Source of the DNA: an uncultured Sphingobium sp.
GTDB taxonomy: Bacteria > Pseudomonadota > Alphaproteobacteria > Sphingomonadales > Sphingomonadaceae
Direction of reading: 5' to 3'
NCBI GenBank assembly: GCA_964532255.1
Contig: CAZHGR010000002.1
Coordinates: 6,374 to 70,373, forward strand
DNA length: 64,000 nt
The notes under the pieces were generated by a model. That model saw only the letters and a list, made by a program, of their open reading frames with translations, was not told the origin of the DNA and searched no databases. The translations under genes were made by a program, and so were the position numbers. Below, piece by piece: positions 10,901 through 19,139 of this stretch (position 1 is the stretch's first letter; each line of letters begins with the position of its first letter).

Positions 10901-13900
10901 CCCGCGTCTGCCCGCCGACGCCGGTCGGCTTGTCATCAGCCCCCTCGCCACGCTCGATCTCGGCGGAACCCTGCTGGCGTCGAGCGCTCAGGGCGGTCGC
11001 GGCGGGTCGGTCGACATCAGCGGCGGCGCGTTCGAAATCCGGGCGAGCCGCGAGGGAGCCGCCCCCGAAAGCGGTGCAATCGTCCTCGACACGGCCAGCC
11101 TCAACACGCTCAACGCAGCGAGCCTGCTGATCGGCGGCACGCGGACCGAACGGGCGGACGGAACGACGGCGCTCGACGTCACGGCGAACAGCATCCTCGT
11201 TGCCAACGGGCCTGCCGAAGGCGCGACGGTCAATCCGCTGAAGGCCTCGGAAATCCTGCTGGCAGTCGATGGCAGCGGGTCGAGCATCACCATCGCCGAC
11301 GGTTCGGCCCTGCTCGCGACAGGAACGCTGGTCGACGGACAGACGGGCGATTATGTGTTCACGGGTACGCAGGAAGCGCCGACCGGCGGTGCCCTGCTCC
11401 GCGTGGCGGCAGGCGCGGAACGCCTGCTGACTCGCGAAGGCACGACCAACGGTGCGGATGCGTCGGTTGTCATCGGTGCCGCCTCGCTCACCAGCAGCGG
11501 ATCGGCGGGCGCAACGCTGATCGACAGCAGCGGCTCCCTCTCCGTCTCGCCCGAAGCGCGGCTGACTCAAGCCACCAGCGGCGTGGATTCGCTCGCCCTC
11601 GGGGCGAACAGCATCGCCTTCCTCCAGGACGGCCAGTCGCTCGAAGACGCGTTCGTCGTCACGCCCGAATTGCAGGCCAATTTCTCGGTCGCCGACCGCC
11701 TGAACATCCGGTCGAGCGAAGCGCTGGTCTTTGCCGGTGGCACCTATAGCTTCGGCGAGGTCGTTCTCGACTCCGCCGGTATCGCCGCACTTGGCGGCGA
11801 GGAGTCGTCGGCCGTCACGATCAATGCCGCCGGCTTGACGATCAACGGATCGGACGAGACGCTGGCGGGCTGCGGCCAGGGGTCGGCACCCGCCTGCGGC
11901 ACGGGCACGCTGACCATCAACACCGGCGCGCTGACGTTCGGATCGGGCAACGTCGCGACCTACGGCTTCGGTGCCGAGGCCGTCATCACCGCCAGCGCCG
12001 GCACGACCTATTCGGGGCAGATGGCGCTCGATCTCGGCACGGCGGCGCTGCGCCTGACGACGCCATTTCTGGTCGACAGGGACGTGGCGACCACGCCGCC
12101 CACAGCCACGACGACCACGACCGAGACACCCCCCGCTCCGGCTCTGGCCGTCACCACAACCGGCGACATTGTCATCGGAAAGGCCGCCGGTACGACCGCG
12201 CAGGTCGTCGGCCGGCCGGGTGCCACGCTGTCGCTCGACGCACGGAACATCAGCATTTCGGGCACCGAACTGCGCGCGACATCGGGTCGTCTGGGTATCA
12301 CGGCCAGCGCCGATCTGAACGTCGCGGCGGGAACGATCCTCGGCGCGCCGGGCTATGCGCGCAGCTTCGGCGATGCGCAGGACCCCTGGCTGGTCAGCGC
12401 GCCCGCAGGCGCGATCCGGCTGGAGTCGACGGGCGGGAACATCGCGCTGGCGGCGGGCTCGATCCTCGACGTCGCGGCCACCGCCGGCAAGGCAGGCGCG
12501 ATCACGCTGTTCGCGCCGCAGGGCACGCTCGGCATGGGCGCGGAGTTGCGCGCGCAGTCACCGCAGGGCGGCGGATCGTTCCTGGCGGAGACCGCCGGCA
12601 GCTTCGACCTGCCCGCTTTCATCAGGAGCAGCGCCGCCGGCTTCCGCGACATGATCGACATCAGCGCCGGACTGAGCGCGCTGACGATCGAGGCGGGCCA
12701 GCAGATCGCGGCCGCGACCGTCCGGCTGGATGCCGCCGGCACCGCCGATGGCGACGGCGTGTTCGTCGCGGGCACCATCGACGCGACCGGCGTCAACGGC
12801 GGCTCGATCGCGCTTTATGGCGCGCGTGAAGTCGAACTTGCCTCGACCGCGAAGCTCAACGGGCGCGCGACCGGCTATACCGCGCAGGACACGCGCCGCG
12901 CCGAAGGCGGCGATGTCAGGATCGGCATCGCCGAGGGCGGTATCGGCATCGACATCGCGGCGGGCGCGGTCATCGACGTTTCGGCGGAGCGGCCGGGCGA
13001 CCGCCTCATCGCGGAGACGCGCAACAAGCAGGTATATTATACCTATGTCGAGGGCGACGAGGGCGGCACCGTGCTGCTGCGCGCACCCATCAGGAGCGGC
13101 GAAGGCGGGGCCGGCGTCGACATCGACGTGGCGGGATCGATCCTCGGCGCGCGCGACATCACCGTCGAGGCGTACCGCCATGTCCGGCTGGAGGATATCG
13201 CGGCCGGGGGCTTCTCGGGCGTCACCTTCGACCCGGTCACCCGCGATGCGACGATCACGATCCGTCCGGATGGCAATACGCCCAACTATTTCTCGGGGAA
13301 CGCGCCGGGCGGCCTGATCGACTTCATCCAGAACTTCGATATCGCAGCATCCTATGGCCGCCTCGGCAATCTGGCTTCGCTCGACAGTTTCCACGCGCGG
13401 CCCGGCATCGAACTGGCGCACACCGCCGACATCCGCCTTGCATCGCACTGGAACTTCGGCGCGGGCGAGGTGAACGAGGCGCAAGCGATCGCCGCCGGCG
13501 TGCTGCTCCCGATTCCGGGCAGCAGCACCAGATATTATGTGGCCCCGGGCCGCGAGGGCGAACTGCTCGAGAACCACACGCGGATGCTGTACCGCGTCGG
13601 CGGACGAATCGGCGGCGAAGCGCCCATCGTCACGCTCCGCTCGCCCAACGACATCATCATCAACGGTTCGATCACCGACGGCTTCTTCACCTTCCGCGAC
13701 CAGACCGATCCGGCGTTCCTGACCGGCGCAACGGGCCTCGGCGGGGCGCTGTACACCTTCGCCGTCAATACCGCCGTGACCAACAACACATCGGTGTCCA
13801 TCAGCACGCCGACGACCCAAAGTTCACAAGCGGAGGGGATCACTTACGCACCCTTCAACGCAGCGGTGAACAGCCCCTGGTCTCCGGGAGCGGGCACCAA

Positions 13901-16900
13901 CGGCGCGGGCGACCCGATCGGCAGCGCGGCCCTGTTCCCCACACTCGCGGGCGGCGAGATACCCCAGTCGGCGAGCTATCGTATCGTTGCGGGTGCGGAT
14001 ATCGACCATGCCGATCCACTCAAGCTGGACGCGGGTGCGAGCGGCAGCCTGACCGTCGAGGGCAGCACCAGCTATGCGCTGGGCAGCGGTGAGGACACCT
14101 TCGACGACGAATTCTTGCTGCGTATATCCAGAAACAATCAGCCAACCATTTTTGGTACAATCGATTCTCTTCTGGCTTTGGGCTTAAGCGGATCGACCCC
14201 AACATTTCTCTTTGTGAACGGAGTACCGACGAACCGGTTGCCCTATTACAATTTCCTGCGTGATCGCGCGGCCACCTTCTTTGCCGACCATCCCGGCGAG
14301 TTCACGACGACGCTGGGCGGCGTAGTGAACAACCCAACCAATCCGCGACAGATCGTCCGCTACAACACCACCCTCGGCTTGGTGACAGAGTTCCTTGAAA
14401 GCGTGGCGCCCGAGATCGTCGCCGCGTTCCAGAACCCCGCCGATCCGCTCGACATCCGGCCCAACTCCTCGGGCGGCGCGTCCGCGCCGCAGGTCACGGT
14501 GCCCAACCTCATCCGGACGGGCACGGGGAGCATCGACCTCGCGGCGACCGGCAAGATCGACCTGCGGAACGGCGAGACGCCGACCTATCTCACGCCAACG
14601 CGCGGACCGGCCACGGTCGCCAACGGCTTACAGGTCGGCGGTGTGGCGGTCTATACGGCGGGCGGTCGCGCCGGCACGGGCAACCGCACGATCACGGACA
14701 GCCTGACGGGAAACAGCTTCGCGCTCGCCGCAGACCAGCTCGACACGCAGGTCTTCCAGCAGAGACTGTATAATGGCCAACCCGGCTACACTTATGGCTC
14801 GACGAACGCCCGCCTTCGCGGCGTCCTGATCCCTGACGCCGCTTATGCCTCGGGCGGCGGCGATATCACGATCACGTCCCGCGCCGACGTGCTGGCGCGG
14901 CGCAATGTCCTTCAGGAAGCAAGCCTTGCGCCGAGCTTCGCCCCGTTCCTCGGCACCGGCGATCAGGCCTGGGTCAACGGATCGATCGGGCAGACGAGCA
15001 ATATCCGGATCAATCCGCAACTCTTCAACTCCGGCGTCGGCACGCTTGGCGGCGGCGACATCCGCATCAGCGCGGGGGGTGTGGTAAGCGATGTGACCGT
15101 CGCTGCGCCAAGCGCGCTGACGACGCTGTCGGTCGATGGCACGTCGGCGCTCTGGCGGATGAGCGGCGGCGATGTCAGCATCGCGGCGGGCGGCGACATT
15201 CTCGGCGGGCTGCTCGACATCGGGCGGGGCGACGCGGTGCTGACTGCAGGTGGAAGCGTAGCCGACAGCGGTACGATGCTGCTGCCGGGCTTGCGAGGAA
15301 CCGGACAAAGCGCACCAATCTTCTCGCAGGCCGCCGAAACGCTGCGAATCCGGCTCAGCGACGCCACGGTGGCGGTCAACGCGCGCGGCGCGATCACGGT
15401 GGAGGGAGTCGGTGCGCTCGGCGCGCAGAACGCCGCATCCAGTGAAAGCGACACCTCCATCGCCCTGAACCCCCTCGGCTTCTATTCGTCGGCCGCCGGA
15501 GTTTCGCTGTTCGCCAATGACGCAGTTACGCTGCTCACCAGCGGTCAAACCACCCAGGCCGCACTCCCGATGAACGACGGCTTCCGTGTGGCGGTGCTGC
15601 CGGGAAGCGTCGCCATGGCGTCGCTCGCCAGCGATGTCTCGCTGGCGAGTGCGGGAACCCTCGGTGCCGATCTGGTGACGCTCTACCCCGATGCGGACGG
15701 CGACCTTCTTCTCGCTGCGGGCCGCACGATCGCACCGGCGGTGCTGTCGATGCTCGATGTCGATCCGGGGCTGCTGCCCGGAGCCTTTTCCGACTTCGCA
15801 GCCGATCAAATCGCTGTACGGTTCGGGCGCGGTTTCGGCTTTCCGGCGGCGCTGCCCGACAGCTCGCAGTCGTCGCTGGCGGCGCTGCACAATGACGCGA
15901 TCACCCATGCGGGCGACAGCGATCCCGCGCGGATCTATGCCGGTCTGGACATCAACCGGCTGATCGTCGACCTGCCCAAACAAAGCCGGATCACCGCCGG
16001 GCGCGACATCGTAGACATGGTGTTCTTCGGCCAGAATCTGGCCGCGAGCGACATCACCCGGATCACCGCCGGACGCGATATCACCGCGACCACAAGCCTC
16101 GTGCGACCGGTCCTCGACATAAATCGCACACTGGGTACCGAACAGGGCGCGCTTCAGGGCAATCTGTTCATCCTCGGCGGGCCGGGCCGCTTCTATCTGG
16201 AGGCCGGTCGCGATCTGGGGCCGTTCCTCAACTCGGCCACGGCGAACGCCTTCCAGGCGGTGGGCAGCACAACACAGGATCGCGGCACGATCACTTTCGG
16301 CGGCGGCGTGCTGACCGTGGGCAATGAGCGCAACCCGCATCTGGGCGAGACGGGTGCCAGCCTGTCGGTGGCGTTCGGTATCGGCAACGGTGCCAAATAT
16401 GACGCGCTGCGCGAGACCTATCTCAACCCCGCCAATATCGGCTCGCTCGACGATGCGCTGTTCGCCTTCACGCTGGATCCGGACGGCAACCGGATCTTCG
16501 ACCGCACGCGCCCGGTCTACGAACCGTTGCTTCGCGCCTGGCTCCTCGCCAATGCGCCGGCCGAGCTCAGCGCCGCCGTCGGCAACGCCACGCCGACCTA
16601 TGAGCAGGCCTATGCGGTGTTCGCCGGCCTGTCGCCGCTGCGCCAGCGGTCCTTCCTCGTCGACACGCTCTACTTCAACGAACTGGAGCAGACGTCGGTC
16701 CCGTCGAGCCCGTCGTTCGAGCGTTACAGCCGCGCCTATCGGGCGGTGAACACGCTGTTCCCACCGGAACTGGGCTATACCGCCAATTCGCTCGACGGCG
16801 GCGAGGCCGGCGCTTCGGAGACGAAGGAAACCGGCAATCTCGACCTTCGCCTCGCGACGCTGCAGACCGCGCGCGGGGGTGACCTCACCATCCTGGGGCC

Positions 16901-17666
16901 GGGCGGCCGGATCATTGCGGGTTCGACGGTGCGGACATCCGAACAGGCGGCGCGCCGGACCTATGACGGCGGTCGCTTCTTCCAGGGTCGTGTCAACGCC
17001 TCCGGCGACATCATCCTGCCGGCAGCGATCAGCGCCATTCCGACGGGCCTCGAAGGCATATTGACGCTGCGCGGGGGAGCGATCCGCTCCTTCACCGACG
17101 GCGACCTGCTGCTCAACCAGAGCCGCCTGTTCTCGCAGGGGGGCGGCAACATCACGCTGTTCTCGTCCAACGGCGACCTCAACGCGGGCCAGGGACCGAA
17201 GACCTCGTCCAACTTCCCGCCTGTTACCTTCCGCATCGACAGCGACGGCAATTTCACCGTCGACGCGGTCGGGGGCGTGTCGGGCGCAGGTATCGCGGCC
17301 TTCCTGCCGAGCGCGGGGGCAAAGGCGCCCGACGTGTTCCTGATCGCGCCGCGCGGCACGGTCGACGCGGGCGACGCGGGCGTGCGCGTGGCGGGCAATC
17401 TGTTCGTCGCCGCGCAGGCGGTCGCCAACTCAGAGAACTTCTCCGTCGGTGGCGAGACGTCTGGCGTGGTGGTTGCTGCGGGAATCGACACCGGGACGGC
17501 GGCAGCGGGCAGCGCGGCCGCGAACGCCGCGCAGCAGGCGGCAGCGGCGAACACCCGCGCCGGCGACCGCGAAGCGCCGCTGTCGGACATAGACGTCGAA
17601 GTGGAAGGCTATGATGCGTCGGCTGACCGCTGCGCACAGGGCGGTTCGTCCGGCTCGTGCAACTGA
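4941..17666 (+). CDS. Giant filamentous haemagglutinin-like TpsA exoprotein (~4240 aa) with DUF3739-like C-terminus
   Basis: RBS GGGGA before ATG 4941; signal peptide ..QAQA; TPS secretion-domain motifs WESFNVG, ALNRI and INPDGV; many G/T/I/D-rich beta-helix repeats; C-terminal GGNITLFSSNGDLNAGQGPK..IAPRGTVDAGDAGVRVAGNL. Confidence 0.85.
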   Translation: MPINARLRLAVALLGATALSPLAFTGQAQAQTLGALSKAVKGGIPMPASPVPGAPTMRPGQTSGLPDRSVGQLRSLNNAAQVALRASVAAQANAAARASLGGQASSVPNGLQPGGLVVAANAVKAVDDPTGVRTWQGADLPTEVSNGGIANITIKQTESRAVLSWESFNVGKDTVVTFDQSGGGAGRSDWTALNRIVGRIDPATGRRNDALAAAPSQILGSIKADGNVIVINPDGVMFSATAQVNTRSLIVSAIDVGRFQIGQTVQTLADRNRTFLSLGLLGEADQITDPTVPTTDTFSAVANDALEGVITVASGARISSAAGGYVMLLGPRIDNGGEISSDEGQVILQAGRRIFVRRSDDEDATDAGADLLVRGFRTDGSQMSAGDPDDYVVNRPTGILTAKRGSILLGTSDFGSVLQDGHLLSSTSVARNGAIRIEAPTIRLGADSSISVMPDANGETIPQSASSVAAFKTTDIRIGSLLSSVDIEGGAMIVAPSADLAIGAGVGRDTALPRVGAPDGASFGQPRIFVGSGAVIDLGGMKDVVLSGSRNVVTISPVKKNELRDTPEYRESFLNGLSVTVDPRLSGVRADGVRWVGSPLIEAASFYEQVGATAAELMTGGGNLSIGTLGVLDGTDNAITPDVVIGKSSVIDISGGWVRYLAGSIRTTRLVTAAGQVVDIGAADPNVEYVGTAGGFTETVERLNYSKTYANPLLSNDETVAEFVEGRDAGTLRIKSPSVSLEGDIHAEAYIGERQAADAATGTATSPIQGDFRRIQATPSQLPIGGLLRIQTVGNDSQSADSNGASFLITGGPLAESLAPGDYGQTITIEDDALVITERTPESVFAFDAREIITLSADRINGFGLSQLSLLTSGSLTIDESATLDLGGGGVFDALAGRALTIDGTIKAAEGQVRLETFASTAGSAFSTSDDVRALGDHDVRINGTIDVSGRFVNNFDAGDSITPAAWLNGGSIEIAAATHALLPDPDAPTQQSIDISGSILIAPDATLDLSAGGHVDVSGKLNLTARGGDLSLSADTFYFQFANSASTQPEVGEDSTLRITSNAERLLAPGAINARIVIPVGTVKAFGFAAGGTFSLTTPALAFGTDPATTGTTLPLDFFSTTGFGQFDLTSYGSALIENRFANSLGGYNALLKTQTLTVGSGQTLNLSRARFAPFTTPEQTQALQALATDGDLSTILTAGLQASDYDRDGVALNLRGLTELVVAGGGSITGDAGAAILAPKLRNDGTIRLLGGSVTQQEVLPLAYGLNSAAVSSLDQIFSVDTNGRYAENAPNAGGILVSGSLTTLETNAAVAENTPVYLLGTMGRTDGIVLGEGSVTDLSGAVLLNPRAPVRDVGDVRSIRDGLLLDGGALTTSFALASTDSLFRTQTFGSPFLSTGGTSAFRPGRLLRTETGATIALSGVADSFDRLDADYLYVPTPQWSDAGTLTVGAGGSVAGAIIDARGGAAAARDGTLNWLSPVLVATAADETATDLVSAETIARAGFDSFQALGSLSSRGDVQLDLARAFYLSSRPDDNAGFSANLAPSYMPTLDVDGNLVVNTAVAAFRSVVQSPEVPAGSVQDSSGTVTINARSLDIAGASLIAPSVASLTFDIAGDIRLIGVQPTELTFGLNANIPNSLVGQLVGYGDMRFRSRQLYPTTGSTFLLASLGAEGSIAFARSTDTTPPAPWSAGGALTVRATTIDQSGVLRVPLGRLTLGGNDVTDFGPSANLRATQSLSLGEGSITSVSLGGRVVPYGTTTDGLEYFFAPTGSDPLTAPPQAILGLAGAAVTVAPGAVIDTSGGGDIYAYEFVPGTSGSRDVLDRFNNDPFSSNNGLQYPDGRQIYSIVPSLGDSDIALYDPIYSGDYSDLYEASGVGRRVYLSGGPGLAAGWYTLLPAKYATLPGGLRVVEQTGMEGSVPDRSFSLRDGSMMVSGYYGDSASGGQGSTVRTFTVQTQDVFEKYSLITLTSGSEAFTKLAGRKGTSVPRLPADAGRLVISPLATLDLGGTLLASSAQGGRGGSVDISGGAFEIRASREGAAPESGAIVLDTASLNTLNAASLLIGGTRTERADGTTALDVTANSILVANGPAEGATVNPLKASEILLAVDGSGSSITIADGSALLATGTLVDGQTGDYVFTGTQEAPTGGALLRVAAGAERLLTREGTTNGADASVVIGAASLTSSGSAGATLIDSSGSLSVSPEARLTQATSGVDSLALGANSIAFLQDGQSLEDAFVVTPELQANFSVADRLNIRSSEALVFAGGTYSFGEVVLDSAGIAALGGEESSAVTINAAGLTINGSDETLAGCGQGSAPACGTGTLTINTGALTFGSGNVATYGFGAEAVITASAGTTYSGQMALDLGTAALRLTTPFLVDRDVATTPPTATTTTTETPPAPALAVTTTGDIVIGKAAGTTAQVVGRPGATLSLDARNISISGTELRATSGRLGITASADLNVAAGTILGAPGYARSFGDAQDPWLVSAPAGAIRLESTGGNIALAAGSILDVAATAGKAGAITLFAPQGTLGMGAELRAQSPQGGGSFLAETAGSFDLPAFIRSSAAGFRDMIDISAGLSALTIEAGQQIAAATVRLDAAGTADGDGVFVAGTIDATGVNGGSIALYGAREVELASTAKLNGRATGYTAQDTRRAEGGDVRIGIAEGGIGIDIAAGAVIDVSAERPGDRLIAETRNKQVYYTYVEGDEGGTVLLRAPIRSGEGGAGVDIDVAGSILGARDITVEAYRHVRLEDIAAGGFSGVTFDPVTRDATITIRPDGNTPNYFSGNAPGGLIDFIQNFDIAASYGRLGNLASLDSFHARPGIELAHTADIRLASHWNFGAGEVNEAQAIAAGVLLPIPGSSTRYYVAPGREGELLENHTRMLYRVGGRIGGEAPIVTLRSPNDIIINGSITDGFFTFRDQTDPAFLTGATGLGGALYTFAVNTAVTNNTSVSISTPTTQSSQAEGITYAPFNAAVNSPWSPGAGTNGAGDPIGSAALFPTLAGGEIPQSASYRIVAGADIDHADPLKLDAGASGSLTVEGSTSYALGSGEDTFDDEFLLRISRNNQPTIFGTIDSLLALGLSGSTPTFLFVNGVPTNRLPYYNFLRDRAATFFADHPGEFTTTLGGVVNNPTNPRQIVRYNTTLGLVTEFLESVAPEIVAAFQNPADPLDIRPNSSGGASAPQVTVPNLIRTGTGSIDLAATGKIDLRNGETPTYLTPTRGPATVANGLQVGGVAVYTAGGRAGTGNRTITDSLTGNSFALAADQLDTQVFQQRLYNGQPGYTYGSTNARLRGVLIPDAAYASGGGDITITSRADVLARRNVLQEASLAPSFAPFLGTGDQAWVNGSIGQTSNIRINPQLFNSGVGTLGGGDIRISAGGVVSDVTVAAPSALTTLSVDGTSALWRMSGGDVSIAAGGDILGGLLDIGRGDAVLTAGGSVADSGTMLLPGLRGTGQSAPIFSQAAETLRIRLSDATVAVNARGAITVEGVGALGAQNAASSESDTSIALNPLGFYSSAAGVSLFANDAVTLLTSGQTTQAALPMNDGFRVAVLPGSVAMASLASDVSLASAGTLGADLVTLYPDADGDLLLAAGRTIAPAVLSMLDVDPGLLPGAFSDFAADQIAVRFGRGFGFPAALPDSSQSSLAALHNDAITHAGDSDPARIYAGLDINRLIVDLPKQSRITAGRDIVDMVFFGQNLAASDITRITAGRDITATTSLVRPVLDINRTLGTEQGALQGNLFILGGPGRFYLEAGRDLGPFLNSATANAFQAVGSTTQDRGTITFGGGVLTVGNERNPHLGETGASLSVAFGIGNGAKYDALRETYLNPANIGSLDDALFAFTLDPDGNRIFDRTRPVYEPLLRAWLLANAPAELSAAVGNATPTYEQAYAVFAGLSPLRQRSFLVDTLYFNELEQTSVPSSPSFERYSRAYRAVNTLFPPELGYTANSLDGGEAGASETKETGNLDLRLATLQTARGGDLTILGPGGRIIAGSTVRTSEQAARRTYDGGRFFQGRVNASGDIILPAAISAIPTGLEGILTLRGGAIRSFTDGDLLLNQSRLFSQGGGNITLFSSNGDLNAGQGPKTSSNFPPVTFRIDSDGNFTVDAVGGVSGAGIAAFLPSAGAKAPDVFLIAPRGTVDAGDAGVRVAGNLFVAAQAVANSENFSVGGETSGVVVAAGIDTGTAAAGSAAANAAQQAAAANTRAGDREAPLSDIDVEVEGYDASADRCAQGGSSGSCN

Positions 17667-17737
17667 CGCCGGTCGCGGGGGCGCAAAGCCCCAGACCGGT
17701 CTGCGTACAGTTCCGTGGGATTGACATCGACTCGTTG

Positions 17738-17815
17738 CGTCATTCCCGCGAAAGCGGGAATCCAGGGGCGCATGCGGTCGCGGGGGTCTGGACTCGGATC
17801 AGGTCCGGGGTGACG
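17738..17815. repeat. REP/REPIN-like palindromic element (chimeric arms)
   Basis: Left arm GTCATTCCCGCGAAAGCGGGAATCCA, right arm TGGACTCGGATCAGGTCCGGGGTGAC; related copies at 47487 and 62842. Confidence 0.75.
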
Positions 17816-17917
17816 AAACGGTTAGAGCGGGATGACATTAGATTGATTCGAAGGGGATTTCCTTTGGGGGATTTTTTCTGATTCAAGCTGATTGTTGGGA
17901 TTGGAGGCCAGCACGGC

Positions 17918-18250
17918 ATGGTCAGACCCATTGCGATGGATTTGCGTGAGCGGCTGGTAGGATTTCTTGAGCGTGACGGGATTTCGGCCCGTGCGGCTGC
18001 TGGGCGGTTTGGCGTATCGGTGAGCAGCGCGATCAAATGGGCTCGTCGGCACCGCCAGACGGGCAGCGTGGCGCCGGACAGGATAGGCGGCTACAAGCCT
18101 CGCCTGCTGACTGGCGATCTGAGGGCTTGGTTGCTGGAGCGAACCAAGCGCGACGTCACCTTGCACGACCTTGTCGCCGAGCTGGCAGAGCGGGGAGTGA
18201 AGGTCGATTATGTTAAGGTCTGGCGCTTCGCTCATGCTGAGGGACTGTGA
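17918..18250 (+). pseudogene. IS630 transposase N-terminal (HTH) fragment
   Basis: MVRPIAMDLRERLV..SARAAAGRFGVSVSSAIKW..TGSVAP..GGYKP; truncated at HAEGL. Confidence 0.85.
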
Positions 18251-18417
18251 CCTGGTTGGCATTGATCCGCGCGTGTATCGCTATCGGTCGACACCGGGAG
18301 ATGATGAGGAGCTTCGCTCCAAGCTGAAAGTGTTGGCGGCTGAACGCCGCCGCCCTTCGACAAACTCAGCAGAGCGTTCGGCTATCGTCGGCTGCACATC
18401 CTGCTGCGACTTGAGGG
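18248..18417 (+). pseudogene. IS3-family OrfB fragment
   Basis: CDLVGIDPRVYRYRS..DEELRSKLKVLAAERRR/FGYRRLHILLR is homologous to the OrfB at 21653; interrupted by a short insert. Confidence 0.75.
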
Positions 18418-18426
18418 CTTCGCCTC

Positions 18427-18833
18427 GTGGAAAGACCGCGGAGGCTGGCTTGGCGGCGCTCGATGCGTTCGAGGCGGGCGACTGGGTCAGGCGGCACCCC
18501 GCCATCGCCCAGAGCTGGCGGCGGCATTGGGACCAGGTCATCCCGTTCTTCGCCTTTCCCGAAGGCGTGCGCCGGATCATCTGCACCAGCAATGCCATCA
18601 AGGCTCTTAACTCGAAGCTGCGCCGGGCGCTTCGGACCCGAGGGCACTTCCCGGGCGGGAGACGATGCCGCAATGAAGCTGCTGTACCTCGTGCTCAACA
18701 AGGCGGCCGAGGAATGGAAACGGCCACCGCGCGAGTGGTCAGAGGCAAAAACCCAGTTCGCCGTGATCTTCGACGAAAGGTTCGTAATCTGATGTCGGTA
18801 GCAGGCCCCGCGCACAAAATTACTGACACTACC
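18427..18833 (+). pseudogene. IS256-family transposase C-terminal fragment with right end
   Basis: HPAIAQSWRRHWDQVIPFFAFPEGVRRIICTSNAI..LNSKLRRA..TRGHFP/GDDAAMKLLYLVL..QFAVIFDERF (frameshift near 18655), followed by the IS256-like end CACAAAATTACTGACACTACC. Confidence 0.82.
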
Positions 18834-19012
18834 CGGCCCGAAAATGCGAGGCTTGGCGTAGAGACTACAACGAAGTACGACCGCAAAGCGCGATCAGCAA
18901 TAAACCGCCGATATCGCTCATCCTAGCATCAACGGCACAAGACCCGCCGTGATGTCAGAACACTGGAAACCTGCCAGCAGGGCGGTCCAGAAACGGGTAC
19001 AGCTCAACAGTC

Positions 19013-19047
19013 GCCGCGGCTCAAATCAGAAATCCCGTGGCGGGTCA
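19013..19047 (+). mobile_element. Relict IS3 right end
   Basis: CGCCGCGGCTCAAATCAGAAATCCCGTGGCGGGTCA matches the right end of the IS3 at ~22534-22579 (CGCCGCGGCTCCAATCAGAGCTGGATGAAAATCCCGTGGCAGGTCA) with an internal deletion. Confidence 0.75.
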
Positions 19048-19139
19048 CTCGCCACCTAGAGCGGATGCAAAATAGTGTTGCCGCAATATACTGGCTGTTC
19101 TAAACGCATCGCTGAAAAAATTGCTTCGCGCTGTAGGAA

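Noticed and set aside
115-16340. Long antisense and alternate-frame ORFs (e.g. 115-2754, 2791-4752, 14628-16340)
   Set aside because: Shadow ORFs expected in high-GC DNA opposite genes with clear family motifs; no recognisable motifs of their own.
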